The notes under the pieces: generated by a model
Databases searched by the model: none
Told to the model about the DNA's origin: nothing
The model's input: only the letters and a program-made list of their open reading frames with translations
Program-made: the position numbers and the translations under genes
DNA from: Gemmatimonadota bacterium
GTDB lineage: Bacteria > Gemmatimonadota > Gemmatimonadetes > Gemmatimonadales > GWC2-71-9
Length of the DNA: 64,000 nucleotides
Assembly: GCA_036679605.1 (NCBI GenBank)
Contig: JAZDCZ010000386.1
Location: 32,001 to 96,000 of the forward strand
Reading direction: 5' to 3'
In this document: piece by piece, positions 55,088 through 64,000 of the stretch
Position numbering within the stretch: the first letter of the stretch is position 1
Layout: each line of letters starts with the position of its first letter

Positions 55088-55237
55088 TCACACACCTCCG
55101 GTTGGACCACGCAACTTAGAATACTAGAGGCCAACTGTCAACGCCGCGATTCCATAACATGTTGTCTTGCAAGGTGTTACACGTGCGCCCCTACCGTGTG
55201 GTGGCTGAGTCGCCCGACTCGGGCCGAAACGGCTTGG

Positions 55238-57019
55238 TCACTGGCGCCTCAACGTCACTCCGAACCCCCGCGGGTACTCTGTGGAAAGCGTGATTGGAAG
55301 GTGCCCGGAAATTGGCGCACCTCCGGCTATTGCTCTTCCGGATGCCCTTTCCGTTGAGGGGAAGTCACTCCACGCTATGAGGTAGGCGCCGGCGAATCCT
55401 GGTAACTGATTCAAGAGGTACGGGCTCCCAAGTGAGAGGAGCAACGTCGGTTTCGCACGGCCCGTGGCTTGGATGAGGCCGGCAAGCGAGTCGGGCATCT
55501 GAACGTGTCCTCGACCGACAATGAAGCGCACGCCGGTTGCGAAAACGACTCGTGGGTTGTCGGCAATGATAACGCGCGCTGAGTCGTAAGAGAGCGACCC
55601 CGACGCCGGGTAAAGGCGGAAAGCATTGACCGTATCTCCGAAGCCCCTCAGCTGTCGAATCAGTTCGTTTCCCACAGTGAGATTTGTCTCTTCTGCATAG
55701 AGAATGACCGCCGTTCTTCCGCGCTCGCTGCGGAAATGTTGCATGGGGCCGGCGATCACCAGGGTGAGAGCTCGGGCTGCAATGTCGTCGGCGGCGTTCT
55801 GAAAGGCTTGCTTACCGATGATGTCGGGAATGCTCTCCAGTGCCACGCTGCGGTTCTGGAGGAGCCCCGCGTCGATCTTGAGTTGCAGGATCCGCCTCAC
55901 CGACCGATCCAATCGTTGGGCAGTGATGCGTCCGGCGCTCACCGCCTGCACCATAGCCTCGACCGCGGTGGCCGGATCAGGGGGGATGAGGAGAAGATCG
56001 CTTCCTGCGAGGAATGCCTTTACCACCGTCTCACCAGGGCCGTATTTGCTAACGATGGCACCCATGGTGAGTGCATCTGTTACGACAAGACCATCGAAGC
56101 CCAGTGAATCACGGAGTATCTCGTCCATGATTCTTGACGACATGGTTGCCGGCGGAGCGTCTGCGCCTCCGTCAATACATGGCATGGCTATGTGCGCGGT
56201 CATGATGGCGGTCACTCCCGCTGTGACAGCGGCGCGAAACGGAACCAGCTCCAGCGAGTCTAGTCGGTTCCAGCAGGCGCGCACCACGGGCATGCCGATG
56301 TGTGAATCACTCTCGGTGTCGCCGTGTCCCGGAAAGTGCTTGGCGGTGGTGTACAAGCCGTTGTCACGGGCGCCGCTTATGTACGCGGCGATCAATGTGG
56401 CCACGGAACGTGGATCCTCGCCGAACGATCGCGTGTTTATGATAGGGTTGTTGGGGTTGTTGTTGACGTCGGCGACAGGGGAAAAGGTCATGTGTATTCC
56501 GGCGGCACGAGCTTCCAGTGCGGTAACACGTCCGAGTTCGTAGGCGTCACGAGGGTCGCCGGTGGCGCCTATGGCCATGGCCATAGGAAATGAGGTGCCG
56601 CCAACGAGGCGCATCCCGGATCCCCACTCCAGGTCTGCCGCGATCAGAAGCGGTAGCCTCGATCTCTGCTGCAATTCATTCAGCTTGGCTGCGGCGTCGA
56701 GCGGAGACCCGACCGAAATAATGATCCCTCCCAATTCGAGCGAATCGATCCAGTGGGCCGCGTTTTCGAAGTCGTCCGTGTCGAACGCTGTGTAATTGCC
56801 GAGCAACCACGGCATGATGAGTTGAGCTACCTTTTGTCGAGTCGAGAGCGTTCCGAGGATGGAATCAGCTGATAATCTTGGCGTTGGCATTGGGACGACC
56901 ACGGGCGATGTGACTGGTACCGGGTCAGGGATCAGCGCGGGAGTTTCTGCTGCTTGGTGGCCACAGGATGCTCCCAAACTGACGACACTCAAGAATGCGA
57001 TTGCGGGGATATGGCGCAT
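55238..57019 (-). CDS. nagZ: GH3 beta-N-acetylglucosaminidase, two-domain lipoprotein
   Basis: KHFPGHGDTESDSH NagZ signature, VVTDAL nucleophile; lipobox GASC. Confidence 0.88.
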   Translation of the reverse strand: MRHIPAIAFLSVVSLGASCGHQAAETPALIPDPVPVTSPVVVPMPTPRLSADSILGTLSTRQKVAQLIMPWLLGNYTAFDTDDFENAAHWIDSLELGGIIISVGSPLDAAAKLNELQQRSRLPLLIAADLEWGSGMRLVGGTSFPMAMAIGATGDPRDAYELGRVTALEARAAGIHMTFSPVADVNNNPNNPIINTRSFGEDPRSVATLIAAYISGARDNGLYTTAKHFPGHGDTESDSHIGMPVVRACWNRLDSLELVPFRAAVTAGVTAIMTAHIAMPCIDGGADAPPATMSSRIMDEILRDSLGFDGLVVTDALTMGAIVSKYGPGETVVKAFLAGSDLLLIPPDPATAVEAMVQAVSAGRITAQRLDRSVRRILQLKIDAGLLQNRSVALESIPDIIGKQAFQNAADDIAARALTLVIAGPMQHFRSERGRTAVILYAEETNLTVGNELIRQLRGFGDTVNAFRLYPASGSLSYDSARVIIADNPRVVFATGVRFIVGRGHVQMPDSLAGLIQATGRAKPTLLLSLGSPYLLNQLPGFAGAYLIAWSDFPSTERASGRAIAGGAPISGHLPITLSTEYPRGFGVTLRRQ

Positions 57020-58231
57020 AGATCTAGATCCTTCGTCCTGATGCTTTGGTTGCTCTTTTCATGTCGGGCACCTCAACCGGCCAGTGATACCGAGGTACGA
57101 CCAGGCATCGACGTTCTGCTCACAGATTCGGTGCATCTTGTAGCCGATCGGAGTGTCGGTCTCCTCACCAACCAAACGGGCGTTGACCAGTTCGAAGTCA
57201 GTGACATCGATCGCCTGCTTCAGGCCAACGTAGAACTTACCGCGATCTTCAGTCCGGAGCATGGATTCGGTGGTGAACTCGACCAAGAAGGTATTGGCCA
57301 TGCCACGGATTCTGCCACGGGACTGCCAATCTATAGCCTCTACGGCGAGCACCGTGCGCCCACCCGGGAGATGCTAGCAGGGATCGAGGTCCTGCTGATC
57401 GATCTCCAAGATATCGGTGCAAGACCATACACCTATGCTTCTACGACGTTGCTGGCGATGGGATCAGCCGCGAGGGCGAACATTCCGGTCGTTATTCTCG
57501 ATCGGCCCAATCCGATCGGTGGCGAACTCATGCAGGGACCGGTGTTGATGACCGAGTTTGCGTCTTTCGTCGGCATGCTGGCACTTCCCCTGCGGCATGG
57601 TATGACCATCGGGGAGCTGGCGTTGCTTGGAAACGCCGAGTTGGGCCTTGGCGCTCAGCTGGCGGTTGTGCCCGCTGCGGGGTGGCGGAGGGATCGCTGG
57701 TTCGATAGCACGTCCTTGCCATGGCTGAGGCCGTCTCCCAACATGCCCGATCTGGAGAGCGCGAGTCACTACCCGGGTCTGGTACTCTTTGAGGGCACCA
57801 ACCTGTCGGTCGGGCGAGGGACACCGATTGCTTTTCAAGTGGTAGCTGCCCCGTGGTTGGACGCACCGGACCTGGCAAGTCGGCTGGAGGGACAGCCCGG
57901 CGTGGTGGTGTCGGACACTCTGGTGATTCCGAGAGCGCCTAGCGATGGGAAATACGCTGACCACTTGCTCCCGGCGATTAGACTGCATGTGTCTGACCGC
58001 AATTTGTACAATCCTGTGCGGCTGGCGCTCGAGGTTCTGGTCTTATTGCGAGAATCCTACCCAGATTCCTTTGAGGTGCGGAATGAGGCATACTTCAACG
58101 CCCGGGCCGGCTACGATTCGCTGTGGATCCAGATCCGCGATGGCCGGCACTCGGCAGAAATCTGGCGATCGTGGCGGGAACCCCTGGCCGAATTTGCTAG
58201 GCGAAGGGGTCCTTACCTGCTTTACCACTGA
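57011..58231 (+). CDS. namZ: Exo-beta-N-acetylmuramidase NamZ (DUF1343) lipoprotein
   Basis: GLLTNQTG, FSPEHGF, DLQDIGAR, DRPNP, RHGMTIGEL, PSPNMP, EGTNLSVGRGT. Confidence 0.88.
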   Translation: MAHRSRSFVLMLWLLFSCRAPQPASDTEVRPGIDVLLTDSVHLVADRSVGLLTNQTGVDQFEVSDIDRLLQANVELTAIFSPEHGFGGELDQEGIGHATDSATGLPIYSLYGEHRAPTREMLAGIEVLLIDLQDIGARPYTYASTTLLAMGSAARANIPVVILDRPNPIGGELMQGPVLMTEFASFVGMLALPLRHGMTIGELALLGNAELGLGAQLAVVPAAGWRRDRWFDSTSLPWLRPSPNMPDLESASHYPGLVLFEGTNLSVGRGTPIAFQVVAAPWLDAPDLASRLEGQPGVVVSDTLVIPRAPSDGKYADHLLPAIRLHVSDRNLYNPVRLALEVLVLLRESYPDSFEVRNEAYFNARAGYDSLWIQIRDGRHSAEIWRSWREPLAEFARRRGPYLLYH

Positions 58232-58258
58232 CATTTTGGCGGTTCGGAAAGGTCGAGA

Positions 58259-58287
58259 TTGCCGCAGTGCCAAGGCTCAATTATAGT
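58259..58287 (+). promoter_or_regulatory. Putative sigma70 promoter of the pgsA-like/ino1 operon
   Basis: TTGCCG-N17-TATAGT. Confidence 0.5.
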
Positions 58288-58309
58288 TAGCGGTTCCCCG
58301 CATGAGTAA

Positions 58310-59014
58310 ATGTTGCTGAGACAGAGTTCCTTGCGAAAGGGCTTCGAGGCCCTTTTGAGCCCGTTCGTCGAATGGCTGATCGCCAGGCGAGTCCATCCCA
58401 ATGCACTCACTACTGTTGGCACGCTCATCTTGGTGGGTGCTTCGGTCGCATTCGGAACTGGTTGGGTAAGGCTGGGTGGCACACTTCTGTTGGTCAGTGG
58501 CGTGTTCGATATGTTGGACGGTCGGGTGGCCAGAGCGGGAGGTGCAGAGACCAAGTTCGGGGCGTTTTACGATTCGACTCTAGATCGAATTGGAGATGCC
58601 TTTCTGTATGGCGGCATATCGCTGTATTTCGTCTCTGGGGCGGTACCGGCTTGGCTCGTGGCACCGGGCATTGTGGTGGGCTTGGTGGCATTGGCTGCAT
58701 CGCTAATCGTCTCGTACGCTCGGGCCCGGGCCGAGGGACTCGGGTTGGAATGCAAGGTCGGAATCGCTCAACGCGCCGAGCGTGTATTGCTCCTTGGGGT
58801 GCCATCGCTGTTTTTCGGGGCTGGAGCCCAAAGCATCCTGTTGTTCTCGATAGTATTTCTGCTGGCTCTGACGTCGACGGTAACCGTGGTGCAGCGTATT
58901 CGTCACGTTTACAAGATCACGCGGAGAACGGCACGCAACACACAAGTTCGCCACGCCCCACCGGCGTTGGCGGAGTTCACTGGGAAAGGAAGAGGTAGTG
59001 ACCGATTCAACTAA
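58310..59014 (+). CDS. CDP-alcohol phosphatidyltransferase, probable phosphatidylinositol-phosphate synthase
   Basis: PNALT, DMLDGRVAR...GAFYDSTLDR, SYARARAEGLG, RAER; overlaps ino1. Confidence 0.85.
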   Translation: MLLRQSSLRKGFEALLSPFVEWLIARRVHPNALTTVGTLILVGASVAFGTGWVRLGGTLLLVSGVFDMLDGRVARAGGAETKFGAFYDSTLDRIGDAFLYGGISLYFVSGAVPAWLVAPGIVVGLVALAASLIVSYARARAEGLGLECKVGIAQRAERVLLLGVPSLFFGAGAQSILLFSIVFLLALTSTVTVVQRIRHVYKITRRTARNTQVRHAPPALAEFTGKGRGSDRFN

Positions 59015-60329
59015 GAGATCTGTAGCACCTCCGGAGGGGAAACTCGGTGTTCTCCTGGTCGGTCTCGGTGCTGTTGCCACTACGTATGTGGCTGGTGTTG
59101 AGAACGTTCGAAGGGGAACCGGCAAGCCGGTAGGGTCGTTGGCGGAGATGGCTACGATCCGTCTCGGGAAACGCACAGAGGGAAGGGCTCCGCGCATCCG
59201 GGAATTTGTGCCACTTCCCGGATTGAACGATCTCGTTTTTGGAGCATGGGATCCGATTCCAGATGACGGATACGAATCGGCAAAGGTGGCGGGGGTGCTC
59301 GAGACACGCCATGTGGAGCCGATTGCTGAGTTTCTGAAGGGGATCAGGCCGATGCCTGCGGTGTTCGATCAGAGTTATGTGAAGCGACTCTCGGGAACGA
59401 ACGTTAAGCAGGGTAAGAACAAGCGGGAGTTGGCGGAGCAGATCCGGGAAGACGTGCGATCGTTCAAGAAGGAACATGGCTGCAACCGGCTCGTCATGGT
59501 TTGGTGTGCTTCCACTGAGATATTTCTGCGCCCGGGGCCGGCACACGAATCGGTGGAAGCGTTTGAAAAGGCGATGGATGAGAGCGATCCGGCAATCGCA
59601 CCGTCTATGCTGTATGCGTGGGCCAGCATTATGGAGGGCGTTCCGTTCGCCAATGGCGCTCCCAATCTGTCTGTTGATGCACCGGCCCTCCAACAGCTTG
59701 CCGAGGACCGCGGTGTTCCCATTATGGGCAAGGACTTCAAGACCGGTCAGACGATGGTGAAGACCGTGGTGTCGCCGATGTTTAAGGCGCGGATGCTGGG
59801 TCTTTCGGGGTGGTATTCGACGAACATTCTAGGGAATCGCGACGGCGAGATTCTGGACGATCCGGAATCGTTCAAGACAAAGGAAGAGTCGAAGCTCGGA
59901 GTGCTGGAACATATTCTGCAACCGGAGACCTACCCCGATCTCTATAGCGACATCTACCACAAAGTTACGATCAACTACTATCCGCCTCGGGGAGACAACA
60001 AAGAAGGTTGGGACAACATCGACTTTTTTGGCTGGCTCGAATACCCGATGCAGATCAAGATAGACTTCCTGTGTCGTGATTCGATTCTGGCGGCGCCTTT
60101 GTTGCATGATCTAGCTCTCTTTATGGACCTTGCGCACCGGGCCGGCCTGTCGGGTATTCAGGAATGGCTGTCGTTCTATTTCAAGAGCCCCATGGCTGCG
60201 CAGGGATTGATCCCTGAGAACGATCTCTTCATCCAGCACACCAAGCTCAAGAACACGCTCCGTTGGCTGATGGGCGAGGAGCAGATTACGCATCTGGGAG
60301 TGGAGTACTACGAGTACGAGAAGGCGTGA
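58998..60329 (+). CDS. ino1: myo-Inositol-1-phosphate synthase
   Basis: GLGAVAT, WCASTE, NGAPN, GKDFKTGQT, NILGNRDG, YYPPRGDNKE, CRDSILAAPL, FYFKSP. Confidence 0.93.
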   Translation: MTDSTKRSVAPPEGKLGVLLVGLGAVATTYVAGVENVRRGTGKPVGSLAEMATIRLGKRTEGRAPRIREFVPLPGLNDLVFGAWDPIPDDGYESAKVAGVLETRHVEPIAEFLKGIRPMPAVFDQSYVKRLSGTNVKQGKNKRELAEQIREDVRSFKKEHGCNRLVMVWCASTEIFLRPGPAHESVEAFEKAMDESDPAIAPSMLYAWASIMEGVPFANGAPNLSVDAPALQQLAEDRGVPIMGKDFKTGQTMVKTVVSPMFKARMLGLSGWYSTNILGNRDGEILDDPESFKTKEESKLGVLEHILQPETYPDLYSDIYHKVTINYYPPRGDNKEGWDNIDFFGWLEYPMQIKIDFLCRDSILAAPLLHDLALFMDLAHRAGLSGIQEWLSFYFKSPMAAQGLIPENDLFIQHTKLKNTLRWLMGEEQITHLGVEYYEYEKA

Positions 60330-60757
60330 GTCCAGTCGATGCCGTTGTTGTTGCGCTGGGAATCGCGCTGATCGGGGGGGAACTCTGGTTTTTCCTCGGT
60401 TCTAGAAAGAGTGTCTCCGAACCGAAGAGAACCGGCATCGGGGTCCAGGAAATAAAGATCTTGGTAAGGGACGGTTACCATCCCGAGACCATTCCCGTGG
60501 AAGTGGGACGGCCGGTGCGGTTGCTGTTCTACCGAGATGAGCGCGTGGATTGCTCAAACAGGCTGATTGTCGAGGATTTCGGAATCGACCTGGAGCTTCC
60601 CGAGTTTGAGACCACAGCAGTGGAGTTTACTCCTGAGAAAGCAGGCGATTATCCGTTCCACTGCGGATTATCGGTGATGCGTGGACGGGTGGTGGCGCAA
60701 GTGGGCCGCGAAAGCGCCAGATCAAATCTTGGTAAGGGGCATGCGAAGCATGGGTAG
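60326..60757 (+). CDS. Membrane-anchored cupredoxin-domain copper chaperone (CupA-like)
   Basis: GTGA overlap with ino1; N-terminal [22 protein letters not shown]. Confidence 0.8.
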   Translation: MSPVDAVVVALGIALIGGELWFFLGSRKSVSEPKRTGIGVQEIKILVRDGYHPETIPVEVGRPVRLLFYRDERVDCSNRLIVEDFGIDLELPEFETTAVEFTPEKAGDYPFHCGLSVMRGRVVAQVGRESARSNLGKGHAKHG

Positions 60758-63290
60758 CAGTCGGGTGACCTTGCCCATTGAGGGGATGACATGCGGCGCG
60801 TGCGCGGTGGCCGTACAAAAGCGCTTGCAGCAGGAACCCGGTGTTACGGACGCCGCCGTCAATTTCGCGACCGGTAAATCCACGATCACCTTCGATGAAG
60901 ATGCAGTTCGCGTAGCCAACCTGGTTAGTGCGGTACGTGATGCAGGATACGACTGTGCTAAGACCTCCATTTCATTCGAAGTGGAAGGGCTTCACTATGC
61001 AGCTGGGACCTCGCGCCTCGAGAGCGCCCTTTCGTCACTGCAGGGAGTGCTGTCGAGTACGGCGAATCAAGCCACGGAGCATGTGCATGTGGAGTATGTG
61101 CCGGGCATGGTTACCGCGAAGGAGATTGAGGACCGTGTAGCCGAATCCGGGTTCACAGTAACCGAGCCTCTGGCCGAAGACGATCCAGTTGAACGGGAGC
61201 GGCTGCGCCGGCGGAAAGAGATGAAGGTGCTCTCCTGGAAGTTTGCAGTGGCCGCTGTCGGTGCAGTTGCAACCATGGTGGGTTCGATGCCACTCATGGC
61301 TGCAATGACCGCTAAGGAGGGCGATCTATTCGCGCGGGCGACGCGACCGCTCGGGGACCTACTTCGCTCATTTGTGCCACAGCTGTATCAGGTCGATCCG
61401 ACGACGCTCAAGCTGGTGTTGCTGGGTATCACCTTGCCGGTGGTGCTCTGGTCCGGGCGCCAGTTCTATCGCGGAGCCTGGAGTGGTGTGAAGCATCGCT
61501 CGGCCGACATGAATACGTTGATCGCGGTCGGAACCGGCGCCGCTTTTTTGTACTCGTGCGTCGCTACTTTGGTCCCCACGATCTTCAGAAACGCAGGCCT
61601 GCCAGGTGACGTCTATTTCGAGGCGGTCAACGCGATTATTGCACTGATACTGCTGGGCCGTCTGCTAGAGGCTAGGGCCAAGGGACAGACATCGGAGGCG
61701 ATTAGGAAGCTGCTTCAGCTGAGGCCCAAGACGGCTACGGTTCAACGTGACGGCAGCGATATCGAAATCCCGGTGGAGGCGGTGAAATGTGGCGACCATG
61801 TGCTCATCCGACCGGGCGAGACGATACCCGTGGACGGCGTCGTGATTGAGGGAGAGTCTACTGTGGCAGAGGCTATGCTGACAGGTGAGCCGATGCCGGT
61901 GGACAAGAAGGCCGGCGACAAAGTGGTTGGTGGTACCACCAACGGATTGGGCTCGTTCACCTTCGAAGCAAAAGCGGTCGGCAAAGACACCATGCTGGCT
62001 CAAATCATCCGGCTTGTCGAGGAGGCGCAGGGTACTAAAGCCCCAGCGCAACGATTGGCCGATCAGGTGGCGGGCGTGTTCGTCCCGATCGTTATTGCGA
62101 TCGCCATCGTGGCCTTTGTCGTATGGTTTGTGATCGGGCCGCCACCACCGTTCGTCTTTGCGACTGTCGCGTTAGTAACGGTACTCGTAATTGCGTGCCC
62201 GTGCGCGTTGGGGCTGGCTACTCCCACCGCTATCATGGTCGGGACTGGTCGAGGAGCCGAACACGGCATCTTGATTCGTGGCGGTGAGGCCCTAGAGGTC
62301 GCACAACGAATCGATACCATCGTCTTTGATAAGACGGGCACGATAACAGAAGGCAAGCCCACCGTCACCCATATTCTCGGTGCGAAGCGGTCCGACGGCA
62401 GTACCGTCGGTGCTCCTGAACTGCTGCGGTTGGCTGCCGCAGTCGAATCCCGATCCGAGCATCCGATTGCTGCTGCGATAGTGACTGCGGCGGAGGGTAA
62501 AGACATATCGATTCCGTCGGTCGAGCGGTTTGTGGCAATGGAGGGACGAGGTGCTCGCGGCATCGTGGGGAAGTACTTGGTGGAAGTCGTGAGCATGCGT
62601 CACGCCACGGAACGAAGCCTGGATCTCGGCTCTCTTGCCAAGTCTGCGGAACGCCACATCCTTGCTGGGCGGTCACCGGTTGTTGTTGTCGTGAATGATA
62701 CGGTCCAAGGCGTCATCTTGATTGCTGACGCTACGAAGGAAGGGGCCAAGGTCGCGATCGATCGCCTCAAGGAAATGGGGTACGATCTCTATGTCTTGAG
62801 TGGTGATAGCAGAATCGCGACGGGATTGGTGGCAAAAGAGGTGGGCATCGAACGGGTTATTGCCGAGGTGGATCCGAGTGGCAAGGCGGACGAGATAAGG
62901 CGATTGCAAGCCGATGGCCGAGTTGTTGGGATGGTTGGCGACGGGCTTAATGACGCGGCGGCTCTGGCCCAAGCGGATGCGGGATTCTCGATTGGCACGG
63001 GGACCGACGTGGCAGTGGAGGCATCGGACATTACGCTGATTCGGGGTGATCTCGGCGCCATCGTTACGGCCATAGAGCTTTCGAGGCGCACAATGGGAAT
63101 CATCAAAGGGAATCTATTCCTTGCGTTTGTGTACAACGCTTTAGGGATACCCCTGGCTGCGGGTGTCTTGTACCCGTTCTTCGGGATTCTCCTGAGCCCA
63201 GTGGTAGGCAGTGCCGCAATGGCTTTATCGAGTCTGAGCGTTGTAAGTAACAGTCTACGTCTTCGGAGATTCACTCCTTCAATAACCTGA
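60750..63290 (+). CDS. copA: Cu(I)-translocating P1B-type ATPase
   Basis: GMTCGAC, TGE, CPC, DKTGT, SEHP, GDGLND, YN and MALSS. Confidence 0.93.
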   Translation: MGSSRVTLPIEGMTCGACAVAVQKRLQQEPGVTDAAVNFATGKSTITFDEDAVRVANLVSAVRDAGYDCAKTSISFEVEGLHYAAGTSRLESALSSLQGVLSSTANQATEHVHVEYVPGMVTAKEIEDRVAESGFTVTEPLAEDDPVERERLRRRKEMKVLSWKFAVAAVGAVATMVGSMPLMAAMTAKEGDLFARATRPLGDLLRSFVPQLYQVDPTTLKLVLLGITLPVVLWSGRQFYRGAWSGVKHRSADMNTLIAVGTGAAFLYSCVATLVPTIFRNAGLPGDVYFEAVNAIIALILLGRLLEARAKGQTSEAIRKLLQLRPKTATVQRDGSDIEIPVEAVKCGDHVLIRPGETIPVDGVVIEGESTVAEAMLTGEPMPVDKKAGDKVVGGTTNGLGSFTFEAKAVGKDTMLAQIIRLVEEAQGTKAPAQRLADQVAGVFVPIVIAIAIVAFVVWFVIGPPPPFVFATVALVTVLVIACPCALGLATPTAIMVGTGRGAEHGILIRGGEALEVAQRIDTIVFDKTGTITEGKPTVTHILGAKRSDGSTVGAPELLRLAAAVESRSEHPIAAAIVTAAEGKDISIPSVERFVAMEGRGARGIVGKYLVEVVSMRHATERSLDLGSLAKSAERHILAGRSPVVVVVNDTVQGVILIADATKEGAKVAIDRLKEMGYDLYVLSGDSRIATGLVAKEVGIERVIAEVDPSGKADEIRRLQADGRVVGMVGDGLNDAAALAQADAGFSIGTGTDVAVEASDITLIRGDLGAIVTAIELSRRTMGIIKGNLFLAFVYNALGIPLAAGVLYPFFGILLSPVVGSAAMALSSLSVVSNSLRLRRFTPSIT

Positions 63291-63297
63291 AGCGACA

Positions 63298-63588
63298 ATG
63301 CGCTATTTTCACCGTACATCTCTGCCGATTGATCACGTTCTGACAGAAGCCGATAACTACTTTGGCCACCGAATGGCCAGAGACGAAACAGATGGATCCA
63401 ATAGGGTCTTCACTGGAACCATCGGGAGGATCTCGGTCGCTGTTCGCGCCGAGGGCGGACACTACACTTTGATTACGGTGGAGACCGACCAGGTAGGTGA
63501 GAGCGAGGCTGACAGGGTGGCCAAACGGTTTCTGTCGGTCGTTCACAACGTCGCTCAGCCGGATCATGTTCTCAGAGGTTCGTACTAG
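63298..63588 (+). CDS. Small hypothetical protein inside the cop cluster
   Basis: 96-aa ORF filling the gap between copA and copZ. Confidence 0.7.
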   Translation: MRYFHRTSLPIDHVLTEADNYFGHRMARDETDGSNRVFTGTIGRISVAVRAEGGHYTLITVETDQVGESEADRVAKRFLSVVHNVAQPDHVLRGSY

Positions 63589-63611
63589 ACAAGAAGGATA
63601 GGGGCAGAATT

Positions 63612-63827
63612 ATGGCGTCTGTTAGTTTGGATGTGACTGGCATGACCTGCGACCATTGTCGCGGTCGCGTGGAAGGGGCGCTCAAAGGAATTCAAGGCGT
63701 GTACGCAGTCTTTGTTGATCTAGACGCGAACCTCGCCGAAGTAGATTTCGACGCCGAGAAGGCGACTTCAGACTCCTTGATCGATGCTGTCACGCAGGCA
63801 GGGTACGGAGCCAAGGTAGCTCCGTGA
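63612..63827 (+). CDS. copZ: HMA copper chaperone
   Basis: GMTCDHC, C-terminal AGY. Confidence 0.9.
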   Translation: MASVSLDVTGMTCDHCRGRVEGALKGIQGVYAVFVDLDANLAEVDFDAEKATSDSLIDAVTQAGYGAKVAP

Positions 63828-64000
63828 TTTCCAAGGCTGGCCAAGTGCCGGCGACTGCCATACCTGCCGGTCTCTCCTCCAACCAACTGATTGATATTTA
63901 CTACTATCTGAGGCTCACTCGTTCTCTGGATGAACGGTTGGTGAGCCTGCATCGTCAGGGCAAGGTGATTGGGGGTTTGTTCAGCTCGCTTGGGCAGGAG
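63824..64000 (+). CDS. TPP-dependent 2-oxoacid dehydrogenase E1 alpha subunit, N-terminal fragment (runs off window)
   Basis: GTGA overlap with copZ; reads ...LIDIYYYLRLTRSLDERLVSLHRQGKVIGGLFSSLGQE. Absent from the ORF track. Confidence 0.8.
   Translation, partial: MISKAGQVPATAIPAGLSSNQLIDIYYYLRLTRSLDERLVSLHRQGKVIGGLFSSLGQE

Noticed and set aside
1..64000. CRISPR array, IS element, prophage or defence system
   Set aside because: No regularly spaced repeats, transposase, phage or nuclease motifs recognised.

Overview
64 kb of ordinary chromosomal DNA from a GC-rich bacterium. The gene repertoire (Hanks kinase-TPR proteins, an orphan MacB/FtsX permease, alternative complex III, many secreted peptidases) suggests Gemmatimonadota, but this is inference only. 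No CRISPR array, IS element, integrase or phage gene was seen. In order, the window holds: the end of an alternative complex III operon (actB end, actCDEF); xdhC; an M16 peptidase; a VIT-vWA / ECF sigma / anti-sigma unit; an internally duplicated secreted unknown protein with a TonB-like neighbour; a blue-copper lipoprotein / DedA / PHM-like dicopper monooxygenase cluster; a four-gene sphingolipid operon (spt, GNAT ceramide synthase, SDR reductase, AUR1-like phosphotransferase); a block of secreted peptidases (M6, S9, two M8-like) that includes a ~2.6 kb tandem duplication with a readable junction; two Ser/Thr kinases; tRNA-Ala(TGC); sod and a peroxiredoxin; an HK-RR-HK system followed by Pho-box-like repeats and tonB-exbB-exbD-exbD; a peptidoglycan-sugar salvage cluster; and a pgsA-like / ino1 / copper export (cupredoxin, copA, copZ) run ending in a partial E1-alpha gene. 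The best candidates for an undescribed system are (1) a complete inositol-phosphoceramide pathway split over two loci and (2) the cupredoxin-fed PHM-like monooxygenase. All family assignments come from reading motifs by eye; no database search was run.
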